Below are positions 1-13,963 of a stretch of 64,000 bases of DNA, piece by piece. Source of the DNA: Octopus vulgaris. Its lineage: Eukaryota. How positions within the stretch are numbered: position 1 is the stretch's first letter; every line of letters starts with the position of its first letter. A program made the translations under genes and the position numbers. The notes below the pieces were generated by a model. It searched no databases. It was not told the origin of the DNA and was given only the letters and a program-made list of their open reading frames with translations. The stretch is taken from positions 96,720,001 through 96,784,000 of the forward strand of contig OX597822.1 of assembly GCA_951406725.2 (NCBI GenBank), in the 5' to 3' direction.

Positions 1-178
1 ATAGGTATTTCGTCTGCCGCTACGTTGAGTTCAAAATTCCGTCGAGGTCGACTTTGCCTTTCGTCCTTTCGGGGTCGAAAAAATAAAGTACCAGTTACGT
101 ACTGGGTCGATGTAATCGACTTAATCCCTTTGTCTGTCCTTGTTTGTCCCCTCTATGTTTAGCTCCTTGTGGGCAATA
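1..178 (+). mobile_element. SINE-B (MetaSINE-like), probably the downstream unit of a tandem
   Basis: Has the GCCTTTC.TCCTTTCGGGGTCGA..AAGTACCAG core and starts ATA|GGTATTTCG, like the junction at 45643. Confidence 0.8.
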
Positions 179-185
179 ATGACAT

Positions 186-247
<62 letters not shown>

Positions 248-987
248 CATTTTTAAATATATATGTATATATACGTTAAGCATATATATGTATGTATATA
301 GGTATGTATATAAATAAATGTGTGTGTGTGTCTGTGTGTGTGCATGTATATATATTGTATCAGCAGGTGCAAACACTTTCATTGAAAATTTCCGAGACAA
401 TAATCATAGTCGCCTTCTTCCAAAGCTGCATCTTTATCCACATTATGAATTATATTTATACCTATTTATATCTATAATCAACGGGACACGTGTTCATATT
501 ACTAAATCATTAAATAATACTTATTTCTCGCTATTTATTTATTTATTTATTTTCGAGACATTCGGATTCATTAAAGACTAACATTAGTTTCTGGAGATCG
601 TTCGTAATTATTTTCAGCAAATACAATTTTCGTCGTTCATTTTTGCATTTTTTTCTTTTTAGCTCTTTTTCTTGGTCTGTTAAATCTTTTCTTCTCTTTG
701 ATAAAGAACAATCGCCCGAAGCGTCAGATTCTCTTCGACAACTATTGTTCTTGATTCTTTTATCTTATTTCTACGCTTTTTTCAGGTGCGTGCTTTTGCT
801 AGTTCTGTTTTCGTATATTATTAGTCTGTTTGTCCTCTCTTTGCCTCTAGCTTATCTCGGGCCCTTTGCCCGATTTTTAATCAATCAGTCAATTTATCGG
901 TCGATCTATCGAACTATGTATCTGTTTCTCTCTTTCTTTCTCCCTCTATTTCTCTTTCTCTATCTATCTATCTGTGTGCGTGCGTGC

Positions 988-1038
<51 letters not shown>

Positions 1039-1699
1039 CGTGTGTGTGTGTGTGTATTCGTATGCGCAATGTATCCGAATGGTTAAGCAGTTTGCTTCGA
1101 AAGCATGAGGTAATGGTTTCGGTTCCGCTGCATGACATCTTGTGAAAGTATCATTTTCTTTATATGGAAACCTTTACACTATATGCACAGCTATTCTAGA
1201 AACGGCTGTAAGAGACTTTATACACAACTTAATCCGTTATTTACTCTAACAACTCTGAAATTATGTTTAAATTACGTATTCCATGCTCTAAAACAGGGGT
1301 CAGCGAACCAGGCTAAATTAACTCAAGTGGGGGAAAAATGAAATTCTTGTGGGGATAATGAGGATTCTTTAAACATAAATAAAATTATATAAAAAAACGG
1401 GTTCCTTTTTATGACAGAAATTTTTCTTCTGGCAACACAGCATCTGTCTAACGTAATGGTCGTGTAGATTGATATGCATAGATTCAATAAAATAGGATCA
1501 GTAAAATAAATTCAATAAACCTTTTGAATTCAAGGAATCTATGATTTACTTCCTTTCAAATTAAGGAAGAAACGTCGGCATAAATAAATATATTTTGGGG
1601 TAATTGGTTAAAAAAGTTACCCGGCGTCTGCTCTAAAGTGATACAACATATTTTGCGTGTTCATTATTTCTTTCTAATATGTATATACATGTATGTATG

Positions 1700-1853
1700 A
1701 GTGGATGTGTGGTAAGTAGCTTGTTTACGAACCACATGGTTCCAGGTTCAGTCCCACTACGTGGCACCTTGGGCAAGTGTCTTCTGCTATAGCCTCGGGC
1801 CGACTAAAGCTTTGTGAGTGGATTTGGTAGACGGAAAGTGAAAGAAGCTCGTC

Positions 1854-1902
<49 letters not shown>

Positions 1903-2102
1903 ATCCAAACAAGAAAGCACAAAATAACACAACAACGCGAGGACGTGGAACAAATATAGTATTATTGGACGCTCAGGAAAGAAGAAAAGAAGGAGGGTTT
2001 AACGTTTCGAGCGGAGCTCTTCGTCGGAAACATAGGAGAAGGAAAGATCCAGAGAAGGGAAGACAGGGGAAAAAAAATCGCCAACGGTACACACGTGGTC
2101 AC

Positions 2103-2136
<34 letters not shown>

Positions 2137-2181
2137 CGGTGTGTTGGTGAGGCAATTCGTTGCTAAACCCTTAATTACTTA

Positions 2182-2220
<39 letters not shown>

Positions 2221-2483
2221 TATACATATATATATGTATGTATATGTATGTATGTATATATGTGTGTGTATATGTATGTGTATCTGTGTTTGTCCACCCC
2301 CCACCAACATCGCTTGACAACCGATGCTGGTGTGTTTACGTCCCCGTAACTTAGCGGTTCGGCAAAAGAGACCGATAGAATAAGTACTAGGCTTACAAAG
2401 AATAAGTCCTGCGGTCGATTTGCTCGACTAGAGGCGATGCTCCAGCATGGCTACATTTACATGACTGGAACAAGTAAGAGAGT
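1700..2483 (+). mobile_element. SINE-A copy interrupted in its internal (TA)n
   Basis: Head at 1700-1856 and tail at 2280-2483, with a hammerhead-bearing mini-element inserted in the TA tract. Confidence 0.8.
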
Positions 2484-2987
2484 ATATGTATATGCGTGTA
2501 TGAGTATCCGAATGTATATGTGTGTATACGTGTATGAGGAACTTCCTGTCGGTTGTTACAGCATCCAGCATCCTTTCAGGAGAAGGATAATCTGATGTAA
2601 AACCTACGATTTCCCACGATTACTGGTCTTCTCGTTTCAGCCTGTCACTAGATGCTAATCACGTGCTAATCAGAGAGTGCTACTCGTGTTTTACGAGTGC
2701 TTGCCACTCTAATCCAATGACTTACAGATGTTTCTTCATGGTGACCTCATTTTTGCCTTTATCATTACACCTGCTGAAATTCCTATCGATAAATATACAT
2801 AAACAAATATATATATATATAGCCACTACGCATTCTTCATTTTCTCTCTTTGTTTCTTTCTGTGTTCCTTCCTGTGGAAGAGCGTAGGCTCGAAACGTTA
2901 AAGACTTTTTCACTTCCCGAGCGTTAAACTAATACATCTGTCGTCTACACCGCCTGTCTTCGTGTTTTGTTTTCTTCGTGAATTCTC

Positions 2988-3043
<56 letters not shown>

Positions 3044-3478
3044 CTGGAATTTATTGAAAAACAAAATACGAAGATAGGTGTGTGAACAACAAGCAAGTGT
3101 ATTAGTTTGACGCTCAGGAAAATGAAAACGTCTTTTACGTTTCGAGCCTACGCTCTTCAAGAGAAAGGAATAAGAGAAAATAAACAGAGAGAATGAAAAG
3201 AAATGTATATATATATAATTGTATTTAGGGATTCTAATGGAATGAGAGGTAACCAAAATCAAGATAAGGTGCTCAATACATCGAGACAAGGGTTTATGAA
3301 TTTGGTTAATGAAAAGCGATCATTACATGGCTAGCACGCGATGAGTTCCCCCAGAATGGCAACAATGCTAATCCTTAGACACTACGGTTTCGGTGTAATT
3401 GTGTCTCGTCAGTGATTGATACTATCCAATGATCTTCTGTTCCTACGTAGAAATATACATCTGTGCTTGTGTGTGTGT

Positions 3479-3522
<44 letters not shown>

Positions 3523-3673
3523 GTGTGTGTGTGTGTGTGCCTACGTGTGCGTGCGTTTAAGTTTGATTTCGGATCAGTCTTACTTGGTAACACCCACTGG
3601 AGGTTGTAAGGTATACTTAGGAACACCAAAGCAAACACGAATAAAGAATTTGTGGTAGATCGATCGATCGATC

Positions 3674-3707
<34 letters not shown>

Positions 3708-3817
3708 AGGCGCCCATTTGTATCGCTATTTATTGCATGGACATATAAGACTCTCTGTGTGCGTGCATGTGTACATATATATATATATATTATTTCTTTT
3801 ATATATATATATATAAA

Positions 3818-4671
3818 TTATTTCTTTTATCACATGTATCACTGACGAAGAGAGGGCTCTTAGTAGCTAACTCTGAAATCGGTCCGATATGGTAATAATG
3901 GAATTTTTTAGAAATTTCTGTCGACCTTTTTTCGAGTAGCGTGCGTATTGTGAAAAAAAGTTATATGGTTAATGGACAATATGTCCAATTTTTCGGTATA
4001 TTTGGCATTAGAATTTTTTTCCTTTGCCCTCATTTATGAATTGTTTATAAATTTAACCGTTAAAGGTATTTTTTAATATGCTCGCCATTGCTAAAATTTT
4101 TTGGAGAAAATTTTTTTTTATTTCGAGAAAAAATTTTTTTTTTCGAAAAGAATTTTATCTTCACACTTGAAATAAATTTAAGCGTTCACTTCCGAACTAA
4201 CTAACTCACTCTGTGAGAGCCTAAGTTCAAATCGCACGTGCCTCGAATGGACTGGAGTATTTCTTTTTTGGATGTATTTGGGGTACTTAGTTGTGCCCAT
4301 GACTTAGTGTTTGCTTCTTCTATGGGTATGAGTAAGTATCTCATTTATTTCTTTTGCCACATGTATCACTGACGAAGAGAGGGCTCTTAGTAGCTAACTC
4401 TGAAATCGGTCCAATATGGTAATGATGGAATTTTTTAGAAATTTCTGTCGACCTTTTTTCGAGTAGCGTGCGTATTGTCAAAGAATTATATGGTTAATGG
4501 ACAATATGTCCAATTTTTCGGCATATTTGGCATTAGAAGTTTTTTCCTTTGCCCTCATTTATGAATTGTTTATAAATTTAACCGTTAAAGATATTTTTTT
4601 AATATGCTGGCCATTGATAAAATTTTTTCGAGAAAATATTTTTTTTTCGAAAAGAATTTTATCCTCACATT

Positions 4672-4674
<3 letters not shown>
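3818..4674 (+). repeat. Direct repeat (527-bp period) flanked by (TA)n, pLTR-like
   Basis: 3818-4170 matches 4345-4674. A third, partial and inverted copy lies at ~60815-61050. Confidence 0.85.
3836..3890 (+). ncRNA. Hammerhead motif in a tandem pLTR-like repeat (also 4363-4417 + and 60963-61017 -)
   Basis: GTATCA-CTGACGA-AGAG..CTCT-GAAA-TCGG-TC-CGATAT. Confidence 0.65.
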
Positions 4675-4737
<63 letters not shown>

Positions 4738-5118
4738 AAGTAGCTTGTTTACCAACCACATGGTTCCGGGTTCAGTCCCACTGCGTTGCACCTTGGGCAA
4801 GTGTCTTTTACTATACCCTCGGGCCGACCAAAGCCTTGTGAGTGGATTTGGTAGACGGAAACTGAAAGAAGCCCGTCGTATATATATATATATATATGCG
4901 TGTGTGTGTTTGAGTGTCTGTGTTTTCCCCCCTAGCATTGCTTGACAACCGATGCTGGTGTGTTTATGTCCCCGTTACTTAGCGGTTCGGCAAAAGAGAC
5001 CGATAGAATAAGTACTGGGCTTACAAAAGAATAAGTCCCGGGGTCGAGTTGCTCGATTAAAGGCGGTGCTCCAGCATGGCCGCAGTCAAATGACTGAAAC
5101 AAGTAAAAGAGTAAAAGA
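4738..5118 (+). mobile_element. SINE-A, 5'-truncated at AAGTAGCTTG
   Basis: Near-identical to the other copies from AAGTAGCTTG to the GTAAAAGAGT tail. Confidence 0.9.
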
Positions 5119-5392
5119 TTAAAGAGCATATATATATATACTTCTATGTTTGTGATGTCCACAATAAATGGTGTCATCTGTTATGGTCGCCCTTTTTATG
5201 GACGGCGGTGGTCACGTTTGAGGCCTACTTAATGGGAAAACGTGAGCAAATTTCAAGTTCAAGGCAAACCTAACATTGAAAGCGAACCAGTGTCAGAAAA
5301 TATTCTCTCACACACGCACACACACACACACACACACACAGAGGCACTCAGAACCACGTGTTCATCAGTCACAGACTATGCTAATGGGAAGA

Positions 5393-5437
<45 letters not shown>

Positions 5438-6158
5438 TTTCCCAAAACTGGTTAGCTCTCAATGTCGGGTTAGCATTGAACTTGATTATCTGCTCACGTT
5501 TACGATGTGGTAGGCGTTAAACGTGGCTGAATTAGTTCCCACACTTTCAAGGCTGGGTTAATAGCCATTAAGACAAACAGTCTCGTATTTAGGCCACATG
5601 GAGAAAGCAAGGGCCAAAGACTTTTACTTCCATCTTTTATTTCCTTATTGTGTTTTCATTGTCTGCTTTACGAAGGTGAGAGTTGAACTAGATTCCCAAC
5701 TGGAGCAGTGATTAAAACTAATAAATATATGTTTGTGTGAGAGAGAGGGAGAGACATTTGTGTGTTCGTGAGTGCGTTCACTTTTATCTTTCATTATTTC
5801 AAGTCTTCCTGTGGGTAAGGATATGCTTTCTAACAGAGGTACCGAGTTCCAATGCTGTAAAAAGTAGATAAAGAAAACAATGTTACATTTTGGAATTAAC
5901 AAAAGCCTTGAACATATTTACTGCTCCGCTTACAGGATGTATGTGTAATGCTGCTGTTAGCAAGTTGATCCCTTTTTTTTTCTGTCTTTTCAAAGCCCAA
6001 TCTTTTCCGGCTTATTATTATTGTTATAAATAGGAATTTTTAATCTAGGTATATAAGCTGCAGATATATGCATGTATATGTATATATGTATTTATGAATG
6101 TATGTGTGTATGTATGCATGTATGTGTATGTATATATATATATATTGGTGTGTGTGTT

Positions 6159-6203
<45 letters not shown>

Positions 6204-6220
6204 AGGAGACCAAAAATGGT

Positions 6221-6308
<88 letters not shown>

Positions 6309-6378
6309 AGATATAGATATAGATATATATATATATATATATACATATACATATTTATATACATATATATACATATAT

Positions 6379-6861
6379 ATACTTTATAATTAGGGTTCAG
6401 CAAAGATTTGCTTCACCACATACCGAAGTTTAGAAATAGCAGTCAAAAATTCTTAGCTATTCCTTCTACTTTAAAAGGGGCTCCCAGAAAACCAAAGAAC
6501 TTGAAAACAATCCACGCAGGCAAGGGAGAAAATAACGAAAATCAATCGATATTAGGTTACCCACATACGCGCGTTTTGGAATTAGATCGGTATAAATAAT
6601 TATACTTTACCCGACCATTTTCTACTTTTAAAGTAGAAGGAATAGCTAAGATTTTTTGACTGCTATTTCTAAACTTTGGTATGTGATGAAGCAAATCTTT
6701 GCTGAACCCTAATTATAAAGTATTACTTAAGCTTACCATGAATTGGTCTTTTTCATGCTGAATTCTACTTGGTGAAATTACTGATTACTTCTTAATTAAT
6801 TAATTTTACCCTTTTTTTATTATATACATATATATAGATATATATCTGTACATATGCATAC

Positions 6862-6903
<42 letters not shown>

Positions 6904-7150
6904 TAAGTAATTAAGGGTTTAGCAACGATTTGCCTCACCACACACCGAGTTTAGAAATAGCAGTCAAAGAGTTATAGCTATAACTCTTTGACTGCTATTT
7001 CTAAACTCGGTGTGTGGTGAGGCAAATCGTTGCTAAACCCTTTATTACTTAGTATTACTTAAACTTTCCTCGAATGGGGCTTTTACATGCCGAAATCTAC
7101 TTGGGGAAATTAATGATTATTCCAAATTAATTGATTTCACCCTATATTAT
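6379..7150. repeat. Two related fold-back elements
   Basis: Arms 6379-6477 / 6625-6723, plus a spacerless palindrome at 6900-7055. Both are followed by homologous downstream sequence. Confidence 0.85.
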
Positions 7151-7154
7151 TACT

Positions 7155-7229
<75 letters not shown>

Positions 7230-7304
7230 TATATACATATACATACATCCATACATACAAACATACAAGCATATATATATGTTTTATATATATATATATA
7301 TATA

Positions 7305-8217
7305 TATAAATAATGCGGTGTTTTCAATTGCATGAACTAAAAGTTGGAGGGGCACGGGATAAAATACCTGCATCAACTTGCTATAGAAGCAGGTAGCAAT
7401 TTTACCTTGTACTTATTCTTAGTGCAAGTTTTGAAGAGTGCAGTTCCATTTTAACAGTTATTTTTTCAAAGCTATAATGGAAATGGCGAAGGAGCATATT
7501 TAGCATATTTTTGCTTTATGAGTTCAATTAAGGCTACAACGCAACGGAAAGTGCGAGGAATATTAATGTAGTATATGGGGATCGGTCAATAAGCATATGC
7601 TACTGTCGACGGTAGTTCCAAAAATTCTGAGCCGGAAACTACAGCCTAGAAGACGAGTCACGTTCTGAAAGATCTGTGGGGCTAGACGAAGATGTCTAGC
7701 CCTACAGATCTTCCAGATCGTAAGGTATTGTTATCTGTTTGGTGGAATATGAAACGTTTAATCCACACTGAACATTTAAACACAAACCAATCGATAACAA
7801 AGGAGATCTACTACGATAAAAACGGCCATCTTTGCTTTTAAGACAAAAGTTGTTCTTTCATCAGGATTATGCTCGGTCACATACAGGAAGGATGCTATTC
7901 TAAAGTCCGGAGTAGTATGAATGGGAAACGATGCTCAACCAACCATATTCGCCGGACATCTGATAATCATTTATTCTGCAGTCTTCAAAATCATTTCGAC
8001 GGAAAAAATAGGAATTCTGTAGATGAATCACAAGAGTACTGGAGGAGTTTTCGTAATGGAGAAGTGAATTTAAGAAGAGGGGCCTTGCAAGTCTACTAGA
8101 TAGTTGGAAGAGCATTGGGGAGTATATTTTAAATTGAAAAAGAATTTTATTTATCTTAACTTTGAAAAGTAAAGAAAGTAAGATTAAATACTGCCTTATT
8201 TATGGCATAGCCCAATA
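7305..8217 (+). mobile_element. Internally deleted mariner transposon relic
   Basis: A decayed N-terminal HTH region starts at 7477 (NATESARNINVVYG..AGNYSLEDESRS), followed by KVLLSVWW and PYSPDI..LFCSLQNHFDG. TIR remnants are ATAAATAATGCGGT / ACTGCCTTATTTAT. Confidence 0.8.
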
Positions 8218-8518
8218 TATATATAGAATTATATTTAGGGATTCTAATGGAATGAGAGGCGACCAAAATTAAAGTAAGGTGCTAATACATCAAGACAATG
8301 GTTTATTAAGTTGTTTAATGAAAAGCGATCATTAGATGGGCTAGCACTCTTGCATTTCTGGGGAATTCAACAGAGAGCGGTGATTTCCCAAAAGGGCAAT
8401 AATGCTACTCCTTAGACACCACGGTTTCGGTGTACTTTTGCCTCGCCAGTGAATGATACCATCCATTCATTTAGAGAGTTACGATCTTCTGCTCCTTCGG
8501 AGAAATATACACCTGTGC

Positions 8519-8572
<54 letters not shown>

Positions 8573-8632
8573 GTGTGTGTGTATACAATATATATCTATA
8601 TGTGTATACATATATATATAAATATATATGTG

Positions 8633-8682
<50 letters not shown>

Positions 8683-8896
8683 TATTTATATTTACTTGAA
8701 TATTTGTGATACCCACAATAAATGGTGACACAAAAAGGGTTGACATCTATTACGGGTGCCCAATTTTTTAGAGGATTGTGGTCACGTTTGAGGCCTATTT
8801 AAAAGGAAAACGTGAGCAAATTTCAAGTTCAATGTAAACTTGACATTGAAAGCAGACCAGTGTCAGAAAATACTCTCTCACTCTCTCACACACACA

Positions 8897-8935
<39 letters not shown>

Positions 8936-9562
8936 ATACACACACACACATACACACACACAGAGGCACTCAAGAACACGTTGTTCATGAATATGCACAT
9001 ACATTCAAACTTTTTACACACTTCACACTCACAGACTGTGTAATGGGCAAATATGTGTGCGTGCGTGTGTGTGTGTGTGTGTCTGTGAGTGTGTGTGTGT
9101 GTGCCTGTGTGTGTGTGCCTGCGTCTGTGAGAGATTTCCCAAAACTGGTTAGCTTTCAAAGTCGGGTTAGCATTGAACTTGATTATCTGCTCACGTTTAC
9201 GATGTGGTAGGCGTTAAACGTGACTGCGTTAGTTCCCACAGTTTCACGGCTGGATTGATAGCCATTAAGAGTAACAGTCACGTGTTTAGGGCACCAAGAG
9301 AAAGAAAGGGCCACAGACCTTTACTTCCATCAATTATTTCCAGGGTTTTTTTTTGTTTTTTTTTTCATTGCCTGATTTACCAAGGTTGTAGTTGAAGTGA
9401 ATTTCCCAACTAGAGAAGCGATCACCACTAATGATTTCTTTGCGTATGTGTGTGTGAGAGAGAAAAAGAGAGTGAGGCAGGGAGAGAGAGACGAGGAGAG
9501 AGAGAGAGGAGGAGAGAGAGAGAGAGAGAAAGTGTGCGCGCGCCCATGAATATATGTGTGTA

Positions 9563-9605
<43 letters not shown>

Positions 9606-9959
9606 GTGTATGTGTGTGTGAGACTGTTCACTTTTAGTTTTCCTTATTTCAAGTTTTATTAGGTACGGAGATAGTTTCTAACAAAGTCACCAAGTTCCAA
9701 CATTGGAAAGTAAATAAAGAATACAACTAGACATTTTGAAATTGACAAAAGTTTTGCATATTTTTACTGCTCCGCTTATAGAATGTATTTGTAATGCTGG
9801 TGTTAGCTAGTCGATACCTTTTTTTTTTAGTTTTTCAAAACCCAAGACTTTCCAGGTTATTATTGTTATAAATATGAATTTATAATTTGGGTATACAAGA
9901 TGAAAATATATGCATGTACATATGTATATATATATATGTATTTGTGAATGTATGCATGA

Positions 9960-9962
9960 GTG

Positions 9963-10040
<78 letters not shown>

Positions 10041-10103
10041 GAGGGAGAGAGATAGATAGGTACATACATACATACATATATGTACATATATAGAGATATA
10101 CAT

Positions 10104-10148
<45 letters not shown>

Positions 10149-10371
10149 GATATATACATATATATATATATAAATACATATATATATATACATATATATA
10201 TATACATGTATATCTATATATATATGTATATATATATGTATATATATAATTATGTATATATATATGTATATATATATATATGTATATATATATGTATATG
10301 TATATATATATGTATATGTATATATACCTATATATATACATATATACATATATATATGCATATATATATAC

Positions 10372-10462
<91 letters not shown>

Positions 10463-10463
10463 C

Positions 10464-10549
<86 letters not shown>

Positions 10550-10725
10550 CATATATATATACATATATATATATATATACATATATATATACATATATAT
10601 ATACATATATATACATATATATATATATATACATATATATACATATATATATACATATATACATATACATATATATATATACATATATATATACATACAT
10701 ATATACATACATATATATATACATG

Positions 10726-10819
<94 letters not shown>

Positions 10820-10833
10820 TATATTTATATATT
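9960..10833. repeat. Compound (TA)n/(TACA)n microsatellite, one of many across the window (e.g. 12285-12700, 15985-16645 (TAGA)n, 21300-21457, 50243-50407 (TAG)n)
   Basis: Directly visible, and the source of the YIYI/THTH/LSIY pseudo-ORFs. Confidence 0.95.
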
Positions 10834-10836
10834 ATG

Positions 10837-12193
10837 CTATGGTTGCAGAACAAACAAGCACAAGGTCATCCACCTAACATTTCATATCTCGAACATTTAA
10901 TCATAGAATATACATGTATAACATCACAGAAGATGAAACATAACTCATCAGTACAAGCATATAAGAAAATGCCAGAAAAATGTGTGAATACAGTTCATCA
11001 CGATTAAGAAATATATATTTATTTTAAAAAACATTACAACACCTAGAATAATAAATACGTAAAAATATAAAGTATAAAGTAATATATAGATATATAAATA
11101 TATAAAAATATATAAAAATATATATATACAGGAAGCATATAAATAAATAATATATAATATATAAGGTAAGACAAAAGTTCATCGTTTAGAAAATGTTTTA
11201 AAATTACTTTTCAGATAAGGGAAACCTATAGTTAAAAGCCAGTGTCCAAGCAAAAAAGAAGAAACCATATTTACATTCCCTATGGCCATTTCAGGGGTAC
11301 ATTACTGTATTTAATGCACGAAGGTGCATCACAATAATAACTCCTTCATCAGGGGAAAAAATAGAGAGACAGACATCACGTACCAGGGCGAGACCTCCTT
11401 AACCAGACCTAACACAATATTGTGTGGTTTCTTATTTAAGAAGTCTTGCTTAGACCAGCCCAAATGAAAGAATTAATGCAGTAAAAAAAAAACGTTAAAA
11501 AAAAAACAGTTAAAAAAAGACCGTTAAATTTTTTTTTGGAAATTTAAAAAAACAACACAAATGGGTTGAATTTAATTTGATACACCCATTTGTGTTAGGT
11601 CTGGTTAAGGAGGTCTCGCCCTGCTACATGATGTCTGTCTCTCTATTTTTTCCCCTGACGAAGGAGTTATTATTGTGATGCACCTTCGTGCATTAAATAC
11701 AGTAATGTACCCCTGAAATGGCCATAGGGAATGTAAATATGGTTTCTTCTTTTTTGCTTGGACACTGGTTTTTAACTATAGGTTTCCCTTATCTGAAAAG
11801 TAATTTTAAAAATTTTCTAAACGATGAACTTTTGTCTTACTTTATATATTATATATTACTTATTTATATGCTTCCCATATTAATGTATTTTTATATATTT
11901 TTATATATCTATATATATATATATATTACTTTATACTTTATATTTTTACGTATTTATTATTCTAGGGGTTGTAATGTTTTTTTTTTTAAATATATATTTC
12001 TTAATCGCTAAAGTATTAACTTTTAACCGTGATGAACTGTATTCACACATTTTTCTCGCATTTTCTTATATGCTTGTACTGATGAGTTATGTTTCATCTT
12101 CTGTGATGTTATACATGTATATTCTATGATTAAATGTTCGAGATATGAAATGTTACGTGGATGACCTTGTATTTGTTTGTTCTGCAACCATAG
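10837..12193. repeat. Inverted repeat with ~590-bp arms between giant (TA)n tracts (Penelope-like inverted pLTRs)
   Basis: Arms 10837-11417 and 11590-12193 are reverse complements, and each carries a hammerhead motif. Confidence 0.85.
11650..11731 (+). ncRNA. Hammerhead ribozyme motif (type I, Penelope-like)
   Basis: TTCCC-CTGACGA-AGG..long stem II..CCT-GAAA-TGGCCA-TA-GGGAA. A mirror copy with CTGATGA lies at 11276-11357 on the - strand. Confidence 0.75.
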
Positions 12194-12281
12194 TTTGATA
12201 TATTTGTCTCATTTAATTGAGCACTCCTATAGCAGTCCTATTAAACATTTTGTTCCCGATAAGAAATAATCACTGTATTAT

Positions 12282-12565
<284 letters not shown>

Positions 12566-12600
12566 GTATATATATATGTATATATATATGTATATATATG

Positions 12601-12675
<75 letters not shown>

Positions 12676-13558
12676 ATATATATATATATATATATACGTA
12701 CATAGATATAGTGATATATATTTGCCTTTGCATATATATATACACATGCGTATATATGAATACATATATAGACACAGACATACACACGCACGCACGAACA
12801 CACACATACGCACACGAATACACAGTTGAAATGTGCTGTGAGTTATGAGGCATCGCCGTCGCGAAGGGCTTGGTGCATACCTTAATTAGTATTAATTAGT
12901 GTTATGAGAGACCCAACCTCGGAAAGACAATGATATTCTACCTGACAGACGTTTTTGCTTATAAACAAAAGGAATCAGCGGAGAAGTGAAGTGGAAGGGC
13001 ATGTGTGTGTGTGGGGGGGGGAGTTCATAAAACTGGTTCGCTTTCAATGTCAGAGTAGCAATGAACTTGGTTTATGCTCACGTTTTTCTCCTCTATTCGG
13101 CCTTAAACGTGACTTCTTTCCCACACTCGCTAGAATACGAGTATCCGATATAAACACACACACACACACATACACATACACACACACACACACATACACA
13201 CACACACATACATACACACATGCACACACACACGCGCGTACATGCATTCATAAATATATGTTCATTCATTCATATATGCAGACACACATACATACATATA
13301 TACATACCTGCATGCATACATATATTGCGTTATTCGTAAATTCATTCAGACATACATTCAAAATACATACATACACAAATTCATACATACATACATACAT
13401 ACATATTTGTTTTCTTTCACAATCTCTTCCCTTTCCTTATGTGTCTTCCACAACTTAAAGCGATGCCTTGGACTAAACACGAGCCAATCCACTCCCGCCA
13501 TCTATCTTACACTTTAACCATGACAAGGTCTGTAACTTCTTTCAGTCTAACATAAACC

Positions 13559-13622
<64 letters not shown>

Positions 13623-13911
13623 ACCGCGTGTGTATCGTTGGCAATTTTTTTCCGCCGTCTTCCCTTCCTTGGATCTTTCCTTTTCCTCTGTTCCTGACGA
13701 AGAGCTCCGATCGAAACGTTATATCTTCCGTCTTTCTTTCCTTTCCTGAGCGTCCAATAACATTATACTTGTTCCACGTCCTCACGTTGTTGTGTTTTCT
13801 CTTTGTGTTTTCATGTTTGGATTAACTATATATATATATATATAAGAATTTTTTGCGTAAGGAATTAAAAAACCAAGGATGTGTAGATATTAGAACATTT
13901 ATAGATAGAAG

Positions 13912-13963
13912 GTCTTACAGCTGTTTCCGGGATATTTATTAATTATATCCCTTCATCGGAGAC
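13912..13963 (-). ncRNA. Hammerhead motif (CCGATGA variant)
   Basis: GTCT-CCGATGA-A-GGGATAT..ATATCCC-G-GAAA-CAGCTG-TA-AGAC. Confidence 0.65.

Noticed and set aside
2535-2640. Possible RTE 5' UTR / HDV-like ribozyme remnant (GGAGAAGGATAATCTGATGTAAAACC), and a possible RTE 5' relic at 30730-31020
   Set aside because: The resemblance is from memory only; I could not build the nested pseudoknot or a convincing translation by eye.
4932-5177. Recurring peptide FQSFDCGHAGAPP..EPLS as a multigene family
   Set aside because: It is the antisense translation of the SINE-A tail.
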